Program-made: the position numbers and the translations under genes
Source of the DNA: Candidatus Latescibacterota bacterium
Lineage (GTDB): Bacteria > Latescibacterota > UBA2968
Direction: 5' to 3'
DNA length: 64,000 nucleotides
Assembly (NCBI GenBank): GCA_965198115.1
Contig: OZ240241.1
Coordinates: 5,600,001-5,664,000 of the forward strand
Notes under the pieces: model-generated
Database searches by the model: none
Told to the model about the DNA's origin: nothing
What the model saw: only the letters and a program-made list of their open reading frames with translations
Shown: positions 30,314 to 41,399 of the stretch, one piece after another
Numbering within the stretch: the stretch's first letter is position 1
Layout: each line of letters begins with the position of its first letter

Positions 30314-30824
30314 ATGATCAAGTCAGGCAAAAGAAGAACGATGATTGCGATACTCGCCACGCTGCTAGTTGCATCGATGTCCTACGCGCAGGATTCCCCG
30401 GCGAAAGTGCCTTGTGATTCGGTTGAACAGCGGCAGTTCGATTTCTGGGTAGGCGACTGGGATCTGTCGTGGGAGGGCGGCAAGGGGGCGAACCGCATCG
30501 CGAAGATCCTTAACGAATGCGTTGTTCAGGAAACCTTCGACGGTGCGCCAATGCTCCGAGGCCTCAGCGTATCGACCTACGACAAAGCCAATAAACTCTG
30601 GCGGCAGACCTGGGTTGATGACGATGGGTCGTATCTCGACTTCACCGGCGGCCTGGTCGACGGCCAAATGACCCTCAGCCGGAGCGCAGAGCGGGAAGGA
30701 AAGACGTTCCTTCAGAGGATGATATGGTACAACGTCTCTCCCGACTCGTTGTGGAGCGCTCGAAGACGATGGCGCAAGCTGGAAGGTCCTCTGGAAGATC
30801 CATTACGAACGCAGTTCCGATTGA
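30314..30824 (+). pseudogene. Secreted DUF1579-like beta-barrel protein, frameshifted near 30750
   Basis: QFDFWVGDW...WRQTWVD motifs; the expected tail EDDGASWKVLWKIHYER* lies in another frame ending at 30824. Confidence 0.6.
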
Positions 30825-30945
30825 GGATGGTCACATTGCGATTCCTGATTCCATAAACCGGCGCGGTCGGAACCAAGTGTCTGGAGTGGTGATACGCAAC
30901 TGAGGGACGAAGAAAATGGTTGTCACCCCGGTACGCTTCTTAGCC

Positions 30946-31032
30946 GCCTGTCCTGAGCCTGTCGAAGGAGGGCCCATTTTGACTTTCGCGAAGATCAAAA
31001 TGGATCCCGGCTCAGAACACCGCCGGGATGAC
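30946..31032. repeat. Two REP-like elements
   Basis: GCCTGTCCTGAGCCTGTCGAAGG at 30946-30968 and hairpin ATCCCGGC-N-GCCGGGAT within 31001-31032. Confidence 0.55.
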
Positions 31033-31118
31033 AGCGTCTTTCGGTTATCTACACACCAATAGGATTTCCTATTCACAATTTCATAATTCCCTGATACCCT
31101 AATTTCACAATTGTCTCA

Positions 31119-32240
31119 ATGGCACAAGCATACACACCAGGTCTCCGAGTCACCCGACACGCGACCCTGATCAAGGAACGCCGGCTCCCTCTTTCCGGCG
31201 ACGTACTCGTTTCCGTAGGGGATCAGGTCGTTCGTGACCAGGAGGTTGCACGCACGGACCTGCCGGGCAACGTCACGTCCCTGAACCTCGTGAACCGTCT
31301 CAGTATCACGCCCGTCGAATTGCCTGGTTACATGCTCAAGCAAGAGGGAGAAACCATCGAGCAGGGCGAACCCATCGCGGAAACGCGTCCCTGGATCAAA
31401 TGGCTGAAGACCACGATCGAGTCACCCATCACCGGAACGATCGAAAGCATATCGACCGTGACGGGCCAGGTCCTCCTGCGTGAGCCACCACGACCGGTTG
31501 TCGTTCATGCCTACGTCGACGGCACCGTCGTCGACATCCACAAGGGGCAGGGTGTGGACGTAGAAACGAGCGGGCCCTATATTCAGGGGATTTTTGGAGT
31601 AGGCGGCGAAACGTGGGGCACGCTCAAGCGCGTGTGCGATCGCCCCGACGAGGACCTCACACCCGCATCGGCTGCCGACGCCGAAGGATCCATCATCCTG
31701 GCCGGGCGCCAGCTGACGCTCGAAGCCATAGAAAAAGCCCGAGACGCCGGCGCCATCGGAGTGATCGGTGGCTGCATCGAAGACAGCGACCTTCGGGCCC
31801 TCCTCGGTTACGACCTGGGCGTCGCCATTACGGGAGCCGAAGCGATCGGGCTGACCGTCATCGTGACCGAAGGGTTCGGATCCATCGCGATGGCTGCCCG
31901 GACCTTCGAAATCCTCAGCGAGAACGACGGCCAGGAATGCTCGATATCGGGTGCAACGCAGATCCGGGCGGGCGTGCAACGTCCCGAGATTATCTTCCCC
32001 CGGCACACACCCCAGGAACCCGAGCATTCCGACGACGTTGCCTCCATCGGCCTCGTCGAGGGCGCGCTTCTTCGTGGCATTCGCGCTCCTTACTTTGGCA
32101 AGATCGGGCGTGTCGTGGGCTTGCCACGCGAACTCCACCGTGTCGAGTCAGGCGCCTCGGTTCGCGTCCTCGAAGCCGAATTCGAAGATGGCACGCGCGC
32201 GCTCGTCCCACGGGCGAACATCGAACTCATCGAATCCTAG
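31119..32240 (+). CDS. Conserved hypothetical soluble protein of the GlmL cluster (sandwich-barrel-hybrid-like repeats, C-terminal SH3/KOW-like segment)
   Basis: 373 aa; V.VGD.V / EGE.IEQGEPIA / ESPITGTI motifs; IQGIFGVGGE; VTEGFG; TQIRAGV.RPE. Confidence 0.8.
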   Translation: MAQAYTPGLRVTRHATLIKERRLPLSGDVLVSVGDQVVRDQEVARTDLPGNVTSLNLVNRLSITPVELPGYMLKQEGETIEQGEPIAETRPWIKWLKTTIESPITGTIESISTVTGQVLLREPPRPVVVHAYVDGTVVDIHKGQGVDVETSGPYIQGIFGVGGETWGTLKRVCDRPDEDLTPASAADAEGSIILAGRQLTLEAIEKARDAGAIGVIGGCIEDSDLRALLGYDLGVAITGAEAIGLTVIVTEGFGSIAMAARTFEILSENDGQECSISGATQIRAGVQRPEIIFPRHTPQEPEHSDDVASIGLVEGALLRGIRAPYFGKIGRVVGLPRELHRVESGASVRVLEAEFEDGTRALVPRANIELIES

Positions 32241-32247
32241 GTACGAA

Positions 32248-33093
32248 TTGAGATCCCGATCGATCACACTCCTGGCAGTCCTTCTGATTCTCGCCTCGGC
32301 AGACCCCTCGCTCGGCGCTGACACGCTCTTCAACACCCAAAAAACGAACAACTTCATACTCGGCTCCGTCTTTTCCATCCTGGTACTCGTCTACATCGGT
32401 CTCGCCAGACGGAAGGATCTTTACATTCGTCGCCTGGGCGGCCTCGAGGCGCTCGACGAGGCCCTCGGCCGAGCCACCGAAATGGGTAAGCCCGTCCTGT
32501 TCATCCACGGCCTGCAAGACATGGACTCGGTGTCGACCATCGCCGCCGTGAACGTCCTCAGCCAGCTCGCCAAGAGGGCGGCTTCGTTCGACACACGTCT
32601 TAAGGTTGCCAATCGTTTCCCGATCGTCATGTCCGTCAGTCAAGAAGTCGTCAGAGAAGCGTGCATAGATGCCGGCCGCCCGGACGCCTACAACGAGAAC
32701 GACATCTTCTACGCGGCAGCAGACCAGTTCAGCTACGCCGCAACGCTCGACGGCATGATGACACGCGAAAAGCCGGCGGCGAACATCATGATGGGTTACT
32801 TCTACGCCGAGTCCCTCCTCCTCGCCGAAACCGGTGCCGCGACAGGCGCGATCCAGATCGCCGGTACGGACGCCTACACGCAACTCCCGTTCTTCGTCAC
32901 GACCTGTGACTACACCTTAATGGGAGAGGAACTCTACGCAGCGAGTGCCTATTTGTCGCGCGATGCCAAGTTGCTCGGGAGTCTCAAAGCGCAGGACGTG
33001 GGCAAGGCCTTCCTCGCTGCCTCACTTCTACTGGGAACCCTCCTGAACTCTGTCGGGATCTCCTGGTTCTCACAACTCTTCCTTTCGCAATAG
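32248..33093 (+). CDS. DUF6754-like membrane protein
   Basis: Probable TTG start at 32248 giving a signal peptide; IRRLGGLEALDEALGRATEMG, ESLLLAETG, QIAGT, GEELYAASAYL. Confidence 0.75.
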   Translation: MRSRSITLLAVLLILASADPSLGADTLFNTQKTNNFILGSVFSILVLVYIGLARRKDLYIRRLGGLEALDEALGRATEMGKPVLFIHGLQDMDSVSTIAAVNVLSQLAKRAASFDTRLKVANRFPIVMSVSQEVVREACIDAGRPDAYNENDIFYAAADQFSYAATLDGMMTREKPAANIMMGYFYAESLLLAETGAATGAIQIAGTDAYTQLPFFVTTCDYTLMGEELYAASAYLSRDAKLLGSLKAQDVGKAFLAASLLLGTLLNSVGISWFSQLFLSQ

Positions 33094-33096
33094 CGC

Positions 33097-33750
33097 ATGC
33101 CTTTCCTCCAGCGAACGCTTCCGCTCATCATTGCCTTCGTCGCCGGAACCCTCGGCATCATCACGTTCTATGTCCCGGCGATCGAAGCATTCGAAACCGA
33201 GTCCGCTGCCTGGTATCGAGTGATCTTTGCTTTCTCGATGGTACTCGGCATACACAGCCTGCTGAACATGCACTGGGGGCGAATTCGTCGTCAGGATGCC
33301 GGCTGGGGATTCAGCCTCGTCACCTGGGTGGGCTTTGGACTCATGCTCCTTTTCGCCCTCTACAACAGCGGAAACGGACCGTTCCAGCCTCTCGACTTGC
33401 AGCAAGGCGGCATGGTCTGGCTGTACGAGCACATCCAGGTGCCTGCCGGGGCGACGATGTTTTCGCTCCTGGCCTTCTTCATCGCGTCAGCGGCATATCG
33501 AACGTTCCGGGCACGGACCGTCGAGGCGGCCATACTGCTCGTGGCCGCGGTCATCGTCATGCTCGGCCGTGTTCCGATCGGCGCCTACATCTCCGAAACC
33601 TTGCCCGCGCTATCCCAATGGTTGATGACCACACCCAACATGGCGGCCCGTCGAGGCATCTTGATCGGCGTCAGCCTCGGGGCCGTCGCGACGGCTTTGC
33701 GCATCATTTTCGGTATCGAACGCTCCTATCTGGGCGAGGAAAGCGAATGA
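33097..33750 (+). CDS. Polytopic membrane protein (hypothetical)
   Basis: ~6 hydrophobic segments; TMFSLLAFFIASAAYRTFRAR; RIIFGIERSYLG. Confidence 0.8.
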   Translation: MPFLQRTLPLIIAFVAGTLGIITFYVPAIEAFETESAAWYRVIFAFSMVLGIHSLLNMHWGRIRRQDAGWGFSLVTWVGFGLMLLFALYNSGNGPFQPLDLQQGGMVWLYEHIQVPAGATMFSLLAFFIASAAYRTFRARTVEAAILLVAAVIVMLGRVPIGAYISETLPALSQWLMTTPNMAARRGILIGVSLGAVATALRIIFGIERSYLGEESE

Positions 33751-33777
33751 CAGGGCCCCTGCTTCACGCCCTACACA

Positions 33778-34644
33778 ATGTGGGCAGTAGTCACGCACTT
33801 CCTGAACACCGAACACGGGTTTTCCGCCTTGGACCGTCTCCTAAATATCGATCGTCGCTACATCTTCATCGCCATCTTCGTCGGCGTCCTGCTCCCGCTG
33901 CTGATCGGTTTCCACCTGCCCGTGAAGCCGACACAGAACGTACGCTCCATATACGAAACCATCGAGCAGCTCGACGGAGACGAAACCGTCTTCATTTCGT
34001 TCGATTTCGGACCGAGCACGATCACCGAATTAGACCCGATGGCCCGGGCCGTCCTCCGGCACTGTTTCAGGCGGAGCATCCGCGTCATAGGCGTCACCCT
34101 GATCGCGGAGGGTGTGGGGATCGCCCAAAACCTGCTCGATGAGACCGCAGCTGAGTTCGGCAGTCAATACGGTCGCGATTACGTCTTCCTGGGATACAAG
34201 GCTGGTCTCCAAGTCCTCATCCTCAACATGGGACAGGATCTTCACGGGACGTTTCCCACCGACGTCAAAGGAAACGCCATCGAATCCATGCGCGTCACGA
34301 GAAACATCAAATCTCTGCGCGACGTCGATTACGTCATCGACATTGCTTCGGGCTACCCCGGAGTAGACGAGTGGATCCAGTATGGCCAGGAGCGCTATCG
34401 TTTCCCGTTCGCTGCCGGGTGTACAGCCGTCATGGCGCCGGACTTCTTCCCTTTCCTCCAGGCCAACCAGATGAACGGGCTGATGGCGGGGCTCGCCGGC
34501 GGCGCTGAATACGAGATGTTGATCGGCCGGCCGGGGAAAGCCGTGGCCGGCATGCGCCCACAGTCGATCGGACATCTGGTCATCATCCTGTTCATCGTCT
34601 TCGGCAACGTTGCCTACTTCGTCACAAGACAGGGCCGCTCTTGA
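33778..34644 (+). CDS. Membrane-anchored hypothetical protein (N- and C-terminal TM segments, soluble core)
   Basis: YGRDYVFLGY, GCTAVMAP, GL.GGAEYE, Q.IGHLVI motifs. Confidence 0.8.
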   Translation: MWAVVTHFLNTEHGFSALDRLLNIDRRYIFIAIFVGVLLPLLIGFHLPVKPTQNVRSIYETIEQLDGDETVFISFDFGPSTITELDPMARAVLRHCFRRSIRVIGVTLIAEGVGIAQNLLDETAAEFGSQYGRDYVFLGYKAGLQVLILNMGQDLHGTFPTDVKGNAIESMRVTRNIKSLRDVDYVIDIASGYPGVDEWIQYGQERYRFPFAAGCTAVMAPDFFPFLQANQMNGLMAGLAGGAEYEMLIGRPGKAVAGMRPQSIGHLVIILFIVFGNVAYFVTRQGRS

Positions 34645-35429
34645 ACGCCGCATCGACACCCGGTCCAACTCCGGAAACCGGCGCCGATCCATCGTCGTCG
34701 GCGAAGGATAGGCTCATCTTCGCGGTTTTCGTCGGCGCGTTCGCCGCCGTCAACATCGGGTTGATCCTGTCGGGGCGGCTGCCCACCAACTGGGATGGCT
34801 TGGGCCTGATCCTCGCCGCCGGTGTTTCGCTCTCTCTTTACAGTTTCCTCTACGAGGACAACGCCCTCTTCAAATTCGCCGAGCATCTGTATGTGGGTGT
34901 CGTGGCCGCTTACGAAGTGGCGCAGGTTTGGTATCAGAACATTTTGACCGATGTTTTCAACCCGTTGTTCAGAGCACCGGTCGATGTCGGCCCCAAATGG
35001 GTTGTCCTCGTTCCCACAATTCTGGGCCTGTTCCTCATGACGCGCCTCGTCGGGCGAGGCGTCTGGCTGAGTCGGCTGAGCTTTGCTTTTATCGTGGGGT
35101 TGGCTTCGGGCCTGGTCATCCCCCGCCGCATCGCCTCGTTCATTCTCCAGCAAATCGGGCCGACAATGCAGCCGCTGTGGGTCGACGGATCCTTCGCGTT
35201 CGACGCGTTTCTGATCCTGATCGGCGTCGTGTCCGTTCTCGTCTATTTCTCCTTCTCGTTCGAGCACACGGGTTTCGTTGGCGCCGTTTCTCGTGTCGGC
35301 ATCTGGTTTCTCATGATCTCCTTCGGCGCTTCCTTCGGGTTCACCGTCATGGCTCGTCTCTCGCTCCTGATCGGGCAGATGACATTTCTCCTCGAAGAAT
35401 GGTTGACCCTGGATTTGCCTCTTTGGTGA
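34641..35429 (+). CDS. Polytopic membrane protein (hypothetical)
   Basis: YSFLY.DN.LFKFAEHLYVG; FLMISFGASFG.TVMARLSLL; 4-nt overlap with the upstream gene. Confidence 0.8.
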   Translation: MNAASTPGPTPETGADPSSSAKDRLIFAVFVGAFAAVNIGLILSGRLPTNWDGLGLILAAGVSLSLYSFLYEDNALFKFAEHLYVGVVAAYEVAQVWYQNILTDVFNPLFRAPVDVGPKWVVLVPTILGLFLMTRLVGRGVWLSRLSFAFIVGLASGLVIPRRIASFILQQIGPTMQPLWVDGSFAFDAFLILIGVVSVLVYFSFSFEHTGFVGAVSRVGIWFLMISFGASFGFTVMARLSLLIGQMTFLLEEWLTLDLPLW

Positions 35430-35499
35430 CCCCGTACGTCCGGAACCCCTTTTCCATCGACGCGTCTAAGATCCGTCTTTTCCCATTCCGGGACCTTTT

Positions 35500-36504
<1,005 letters not shown>

Positions 36505-36574
36505 CTCCCCGTCCTCGATTTGCCGTCCGTTATGCGAAGAACTATCTTTAGATATTGTTAAATAAGGACTTGGA

Positions 36575-37561
36575 TTGCCAGAGACTCTCTTAACCGTCAG
36601 AAACCTGAAGAAGTACTTCCCGATCACACGGGGCCTGTTTTCCCGTACGTCCGGCTACGTACGTGCGGTCGATGGCGTAAGTTTCACGATCGACAAGGGT
36701 GAAACACTCGGACTGGTCGGAGAATCGGGCTGCGGTAAGACAACGACAGGACGATCCCTCCTCCGCCTGATCGAACCGACCGAGGGTCACATCGAGTTCG
36801 AGGGCCAAGACGTTCTCCGTCTCTCCCGTTCGGAACTGCGGTCCCTGCGGCGGAAGATGCAGATCATCTTCCAGGACCCCTACAGCTCCCTCAATCCACG
36901 CATAACGGTCGGAGGCATGCTGACCGAGGCGCTCAAGATCCATCGCCTCGCCGAGGGAAACGCCAGGGCCGAGCGTGTCAGGGAACTGCTCGAAATCGTC
37001 GGTCTTCGTCCTGACTACGCACGTCGGTATCCGCACGAATTCAGTGGAGGACAGCGACAGCGCATCGGCATCGCACGCGCCCTGGCCGTCGATCCCGCCT
37101 TCATCGTCGCTGATGAGCCCGTATCGGCCCTCGACGTCTCGATCCAGGCACAGATCGTCAATCTGCTCCAGGACCTCCAGCGCACACTCGGTCTGACGTA
37201 TCTGTTCGTCGCACACGACCTGAGCGTCGTCCGCCACATATCCGATCGTGTGGCCGTCATGTATCTCGGACGCATCGTCGAAATCGCCGACAGCAAGACG
37301 CTCTACGAACGGCCGCAGCACCCTTACACACAGGCCCTTCTGTCGGCCGTTCCCGTGCCGGACCCAACACATCGCAAGCAACGCACGATACTCACTGGGG
37401 ACGTCCCCAGCCCGGCCAACGTACCGCCCGGGTGCCCGTTCCATCCACGTTGTCCCGAAAGACAGGACGCGTGCACGAAGATCGTTCCCGACCTGCTCGA
37501 CATCGAACCCCGACATAGCGTTTCGTGTCTGCTCCGCACCGGACAGGATCAGGCAAGTTGA
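36575..37561 (+). CDS. Peptide ABC transporter ATP-binding protein, OppF/DppF type
   Basis: [27 protein letters not shown]. Confidence 0.95.
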   Translation: MPETLLTVRNLKKYFPITRGLFSRTSGYVRAVDGVSFTIDKGETLGLVGESGCGKTTTGRSLLRLIEPTEGHIEFEGQDVLRLSRSELRSLRRKMQIIFQDPYSSLNPRITVGGMLTEALKIHRLAEGNARAERVRELLEIVGLRPDYARRYPHEFSGGQRQRIGIARALAVDPAFIVADEPVSALDVSIQAQIVNLLQDLQRTLGLTYLFVAHDLSVVRHISDRVAVMYLGRIVEIADSKTLYERPQHPYTQALLSAVPVPDPTHRKQRTILTGDVPSPANVPPGCPFHPRCPERQDACTKIVPDLLDIEPRHSVSCLLRTGQDQAS

Positions 37562-37628
37562 CCGCTTCAAGACAGGGATATCGGCCGTTTCCTGACTCAC
37601 GGGTCCACGGCCTCAGAAAGGAAGACGA

Positions 37629-40600
37629 GTGAAGCCTCTTCAGTCCATCCGCAGTCTTACTCTAGCCACCATTCTGTTTTCGATCGCGACGTCGGGATCC
37701 GCCACCGCCCAAATGCCGGCCGTCGGACCGCAAGCACCTTTCGGGATCACCGACCTTTCCAAGCTTGCCCTCAATCGACCGACGCTCGACCAGCGATACG
37801 TCGCGGGGCAAGAGCCGTTTTTCCCATCCCTCCTGGGCCTCGCTCGGTTCGGCTCCAAAGCCATCAGCACGCGGCACTTCGACATCTACTACGTGGGAGC
37901 GCCAAAGACGGCCGCGCGAATTGCCCGCATCGCGGACGAAAAGCTCGAGTCCATCGGCCGCTTCTACCCGGGCTTTATGGAAAAGTACCATCGCGTCACC
38001 GTGCTGGTCCGCGACGATTCCGATGTGCTGGGAAACGCTTTTGCGTCGCACTTCGACAATCTCCTCGTATTCTGGGCAACCCCCTACGACGTCACCGAAC
38101 GTGGATCGAGCAAATGGGTCGAGAACGTCTTCGTCCACGAACTGACGCACCTCATTACCCATCGTGCAGCCCGAAAGGAGTGGCCCTTCCGGTTCGCCGT
38201 CCTGAGCACGAGTCAGTCCAACAAAAACCCGGACTACATATTCGGGATCCCACTCTACAACAAGGTGATGCCCAACTGGTTTTCGGAGGGTGTTGCCCAG
38301 TTCGAGGCAGAGAACTACGGCGACGAATCGTGGGATAGCCATCGCGACATGAAGCTTCGAATGGCGGTCCTCGAGGACGATATGCTGTCGCTCGACGGGA
38401 TGAACTTCTTCGGACACGACGGGGAGATGGTCTACAACCAGGGTTACGGATTCCTCAATTACATTGCGGATACCTACGGTCCCGACAGAGTCAGGGCCAT
38501 GCCCGACAAACGGCCGATAGTCAGCTTCGATTCGGCCGTCAAGCAGGCCACGGGGGTCGGGGCGAGTCGCCTCTATCGGGAGTGGGTTGCGCACCTACAG
38601 GACAAATACGGAAAACTCGTCGAACGAGTCAGAGGAGAGGGCGAACGAGAGGGCGAGCTCCTCTACGACGACGGAAAGATGGACTTTCACCCGACCGTCT
38701 CACCCGATGGGCGGAAGATCGCTTTCCTGAGCAACGAGGGCAGTGATTACGCTCTGACTCTGCTCAAGGTGATGGACCTGAACACCGGGAAGGTCCGAAA
38801 AGTGGCCGATGGAAAGCGGTTCGGGAAGTACGTCTTCGGTCGGATCGCCTGGTCGGCCAACAGCAACGTGCTCTACTACATCAAAGGCAGCCGATGGGAC
38901 CTGTTCAGCTTCGACCTGCTGACTGGCCACGAACGGCGGATCAGCGCAAACCTGCGGGGACGCGATCCCGTCCCTTCGCCCGACGGCAAGCTGATCGCCT
39001 ACGTGAGCAACGACGACGGCAGTAACAGCCTCGGACTCATCACCGAGGACGGCGTCGTGCTCGATGACCTGATCAGCTACAACGATGGCACGCAGATCTA
39101 CGGCCCGAAGTGGTCACCCGACGGAAAGCGAATCCTGTTCACCGTGTTCCACGGTGAGGATCGCGATATCGCGGTGATCAACGCCGATGCCACAAAAGTG
39201 CCCGACAAGATCGATCGCTTTTACCTGGAGAAGGAAAAGGAAGCCTGGGAGGAGGCCCAGGCCGAGAAAGAAAAGGATAAGAAGAAAGACGGTGACGACA
39301 CCGAGGATGAGGAAACTGCGGACGAAGAAGTGGAAGAGGAAGAAGAATGGGTCGAGGCCGTCCCGGACACGATGGCTTTCGCGAGTGACGCGGAATTCAC
39401 GGCCCTCGTCGCCTCACCGGCCGATGAAAGAGACGCAACCTGGACACCCGACGGGAAAGGCATCCTGTTCAGTTCGGACCGCACCGGCGTCTTCAACGTC
39501 TACTTTAAAAACCTGGAAACCGGCGAGGAGCGCCAGGTCACCAACGTCATCGGTGGGGCTTTCGTTCCGTCCGTCACACCCGACGGGACCCGAATCGTCT
39601 ACGCGGGCTACCACGCCTCCAACTACAGCCTCTACCGCATGCCCCTCTCCAACGCGGTTCCCGTCGCAGCGAGTGAGAACGTCGACCGGGAATACCGGCA
39701 ACTCTACACGGGCCCGAAAATCGACGATGTCTGGAACCCGGGGAATCAATTCGGTCGTCTGCAATCCCGTGGGTTCATTCCCTACCTGAGAGTCGGACCG
39801 ACCTTTATCGGCAATCGATTCGGTCTCGACGAAGTCAGCGGCGGGGCCCAGGCCTCATTCGGTCAGCTGTTCGGGAACGACGCGTTAACGGTCTGGGGAA
39901 CACTCGGCAAAAACTTCAGACGCCGTGTAGACCTCAATACTGAAGTGGCCGCTTTCTACCAAAAGGGGCTGACGAGTGTCCACAACGAAAGCCGCGCTCT
40001 TTCCCCCCGTATCGTCATCGGGGGAACGCGTCAGACGATCAACTCGCTCGTCGACTTCGGAGCCGTGGCATCCCAACGAGACACCATGTCAGGAACTTTG
40101 CAAACGGTCATCGACTCGCAGACCGTGCTGATTCCGAACGCCACGCAGTTCTTGAACCTGACACTGGAGCAAACAGACTCGTTCAAGGACGTGTTCAACG
40201 ATTTCCTCGTCGGAACCCAGTTCGGCATGGGAAGAAGTCAAACGGTCAGTCTCTTCTACACCTACCGAACTTTCACGGAAAACCTGAGCACGACCCAGAC
40301 CGTCCTCGACAGCACCCGTATTCTGGCACCCGACGCGAGTGGAGCCATTGTCGACATTACGGACGACCTCGGGGGAACGAATACGTCGACGGTGGCGCTC
40401 GACGACTTCATCTACCAGAACCTCAACTTCTTCAGGTCGCACAACTTCAGTCTGGGCTGGAACTACACGCGGTTCAAGCCTGCTTTCGATCGCAGACTCA
40501 ACCCGACAGGGGGACGATCTGTTTCGTTCATTTACCGCCGCACCAACGCGACGATCACCGACTCCCTCGCCCTCTCGATCGACCTGAACCAAGACAACAT

Positions 40601-41222
40601 TCCCGATCCCACGACGTCTGAGGTCTCGCCCACGCTGTTTCGAGAAGACGATGCGAACCTCGGCCTCAACGAATACATCGCCTCGTGGAACGAATTCCTC
40701 GACTTTCCCGGTCGCACCACGCTTTCTTTGCAGGCCTTCGTGGGCTACAAGGATCAGGCCATCAAGAATGTGCAGCAGAATGGGGGCACATTCGAAGGCG
40801 TCTTCTACTATCCTCTTCGCTACTACCTCGGCGGACTCAGCACGTTGCGGGGCTACCCGTATTTCACCCTGTCCGGCGGGAAGGTCGTTTTCGGACGAGC
40901 GAACTTCACGTTCCCCATCTTCAACAAGAAGAGCAAAGAGCTGTCGCCCTTCACCTTCAGCAAACTCTACGGAAGCTTTTTCTTCGAAACAGGCGCCACC
41001 GGCAACGCCCAGCGCCTCTCGGACATTAATTTCAGCAGGAAACCCTTCCTCAGCGACATCGGTGTCGAGTTGAGGATGGAAGTCCTCGCGAACTACGTCA
41101 TTCCCATGTTCGGGTTCTTCCAGATTGCGTGGCCCCTGGACACGTCGGTACCCGATCGGCTCGATCCGACGATCATCAACGACATCGACAGTTTCCGGAT
41201 CTACTTCGGCCTGTCGATCTAG
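37629..41222 (+). CDS. Secreted gluzincin (peptidase MA-like) plus PD40/TolB beta-propeller plus Omp85-like beta-barrel fusion
   Basis: Signal peptide; HELTH and WFSEG; repeated SPDG/WSPDG/WTPDG; LGG..TLRGY and C-terminal IYFGLSI beta-signal. Confidence 0.8.
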   Translation: MKPLQSIRSLTLATILFSIATSGSATAQMPAVGPQAPFGITDLSKLALNRPTLDQRYVAGQEPFFPSLLGLARFGSKAISTRHFDIYYVGAPKTAARIARIADEKLESIGRFYPGFMEKYHRVTVLVRDDSDVLGNAFASHFDNLLVFWATPYDVTERGSSKWVENVFVHELTHLITHRAARKEWPFRFAVLSTSQSNKNPDYIFGIPLYNKVMPNWFSEGVAQFEAENYGDESWDSHRDMKLRMAVLEDDMLSLDGMNFFGHDGEMVYNQGYGFLNYIADTYGPDRVRAMPDKRPIVSFDSAVKQATGVGASRLYREWVAHLQDKYGKLVERVRGEGEREGELLYDDGKMDFHPTVSPDGRKIAFLSNEGSDYALTLLKVMDLNTGKVRKVADGKRFGKYVFGRIAWSANSNVLYYIKGSRWDLFSFDLLTGHERRISANLRGRDPVPSPDGKLIAYVSNDDGSNSLGLITEDGVVLDDLISYNDGTQIYGPKWSPDGKRILFTVFHGEDRDIAVINADATKVPDKIDRFYLEKEKEAWEEAQAEKEKDKKKDGDDTEDEETADEEVEEEEEWVEAVPDTMAFASDAEFTALVASPADERDATWTPDGKGILFSSDRTGVFNVYFKNLETGEERQVTNVIGGAFVPSVTPDGTRIVYAGYHASNYSLYRMPLSNAVPVAASENVDREYRQLYTGPKIDDVWNPGNQFGRLQSRGFIPYLRVGPTFIGNRFGLDEVSGGAQASFGQLFGNDALTVWGTLGKNFRRRVDLNTEVAAFYQKGLTSVHNESRALSPRIVIGGTRQTINSLVDFGAVASQRDTMSGTLQTVIDSQTVLIPNATQFLNLTLEQTDSFKDVFNDFLVGTQFGMGRSQTVSLFYTYRTFTENLSTTQTVLDSTRILAPDASGAIVDITDDLGGTNTSTVALDDFIYQNLNFFRSHNFSLGWNYTRFKPAFDRRLNPTGGRSVSFIYRRTNATITDSLALSIDLNQDNIPDPTTSEVSPTLFREDDANLGLNEYIASWNEFLDFPGRTTLSLQAFVGYKDQAIKNVQQNGGTFEGVFYYPLRYYLGGLSTLRGYPYFTLSGGKVVFGRANFTFPIFNKKSKELSPFTFSKLYGSFFFETGATGNAQRLSDINFSRKPFLSDIGVELRMEVLANYVIPMFGFFQIAWPLDTSVPDRLDPTIINDIDSFRIYFGLSI

Positions 41223-41399
41223 CCCATACAGGCAATCGCCACCCAGTAAACGGCGCTGTAGGAGTACCATAACCATTCAGTTGGGTCATATGCATCACGC
41301 CGTCAGCATCTTCCTAAACACCGAACACTGAATACGGCAGCCGCCAGGCCGCACCCCCACCCACTGGACTCCCCATCCGATCCACCGGATATTACGGCT

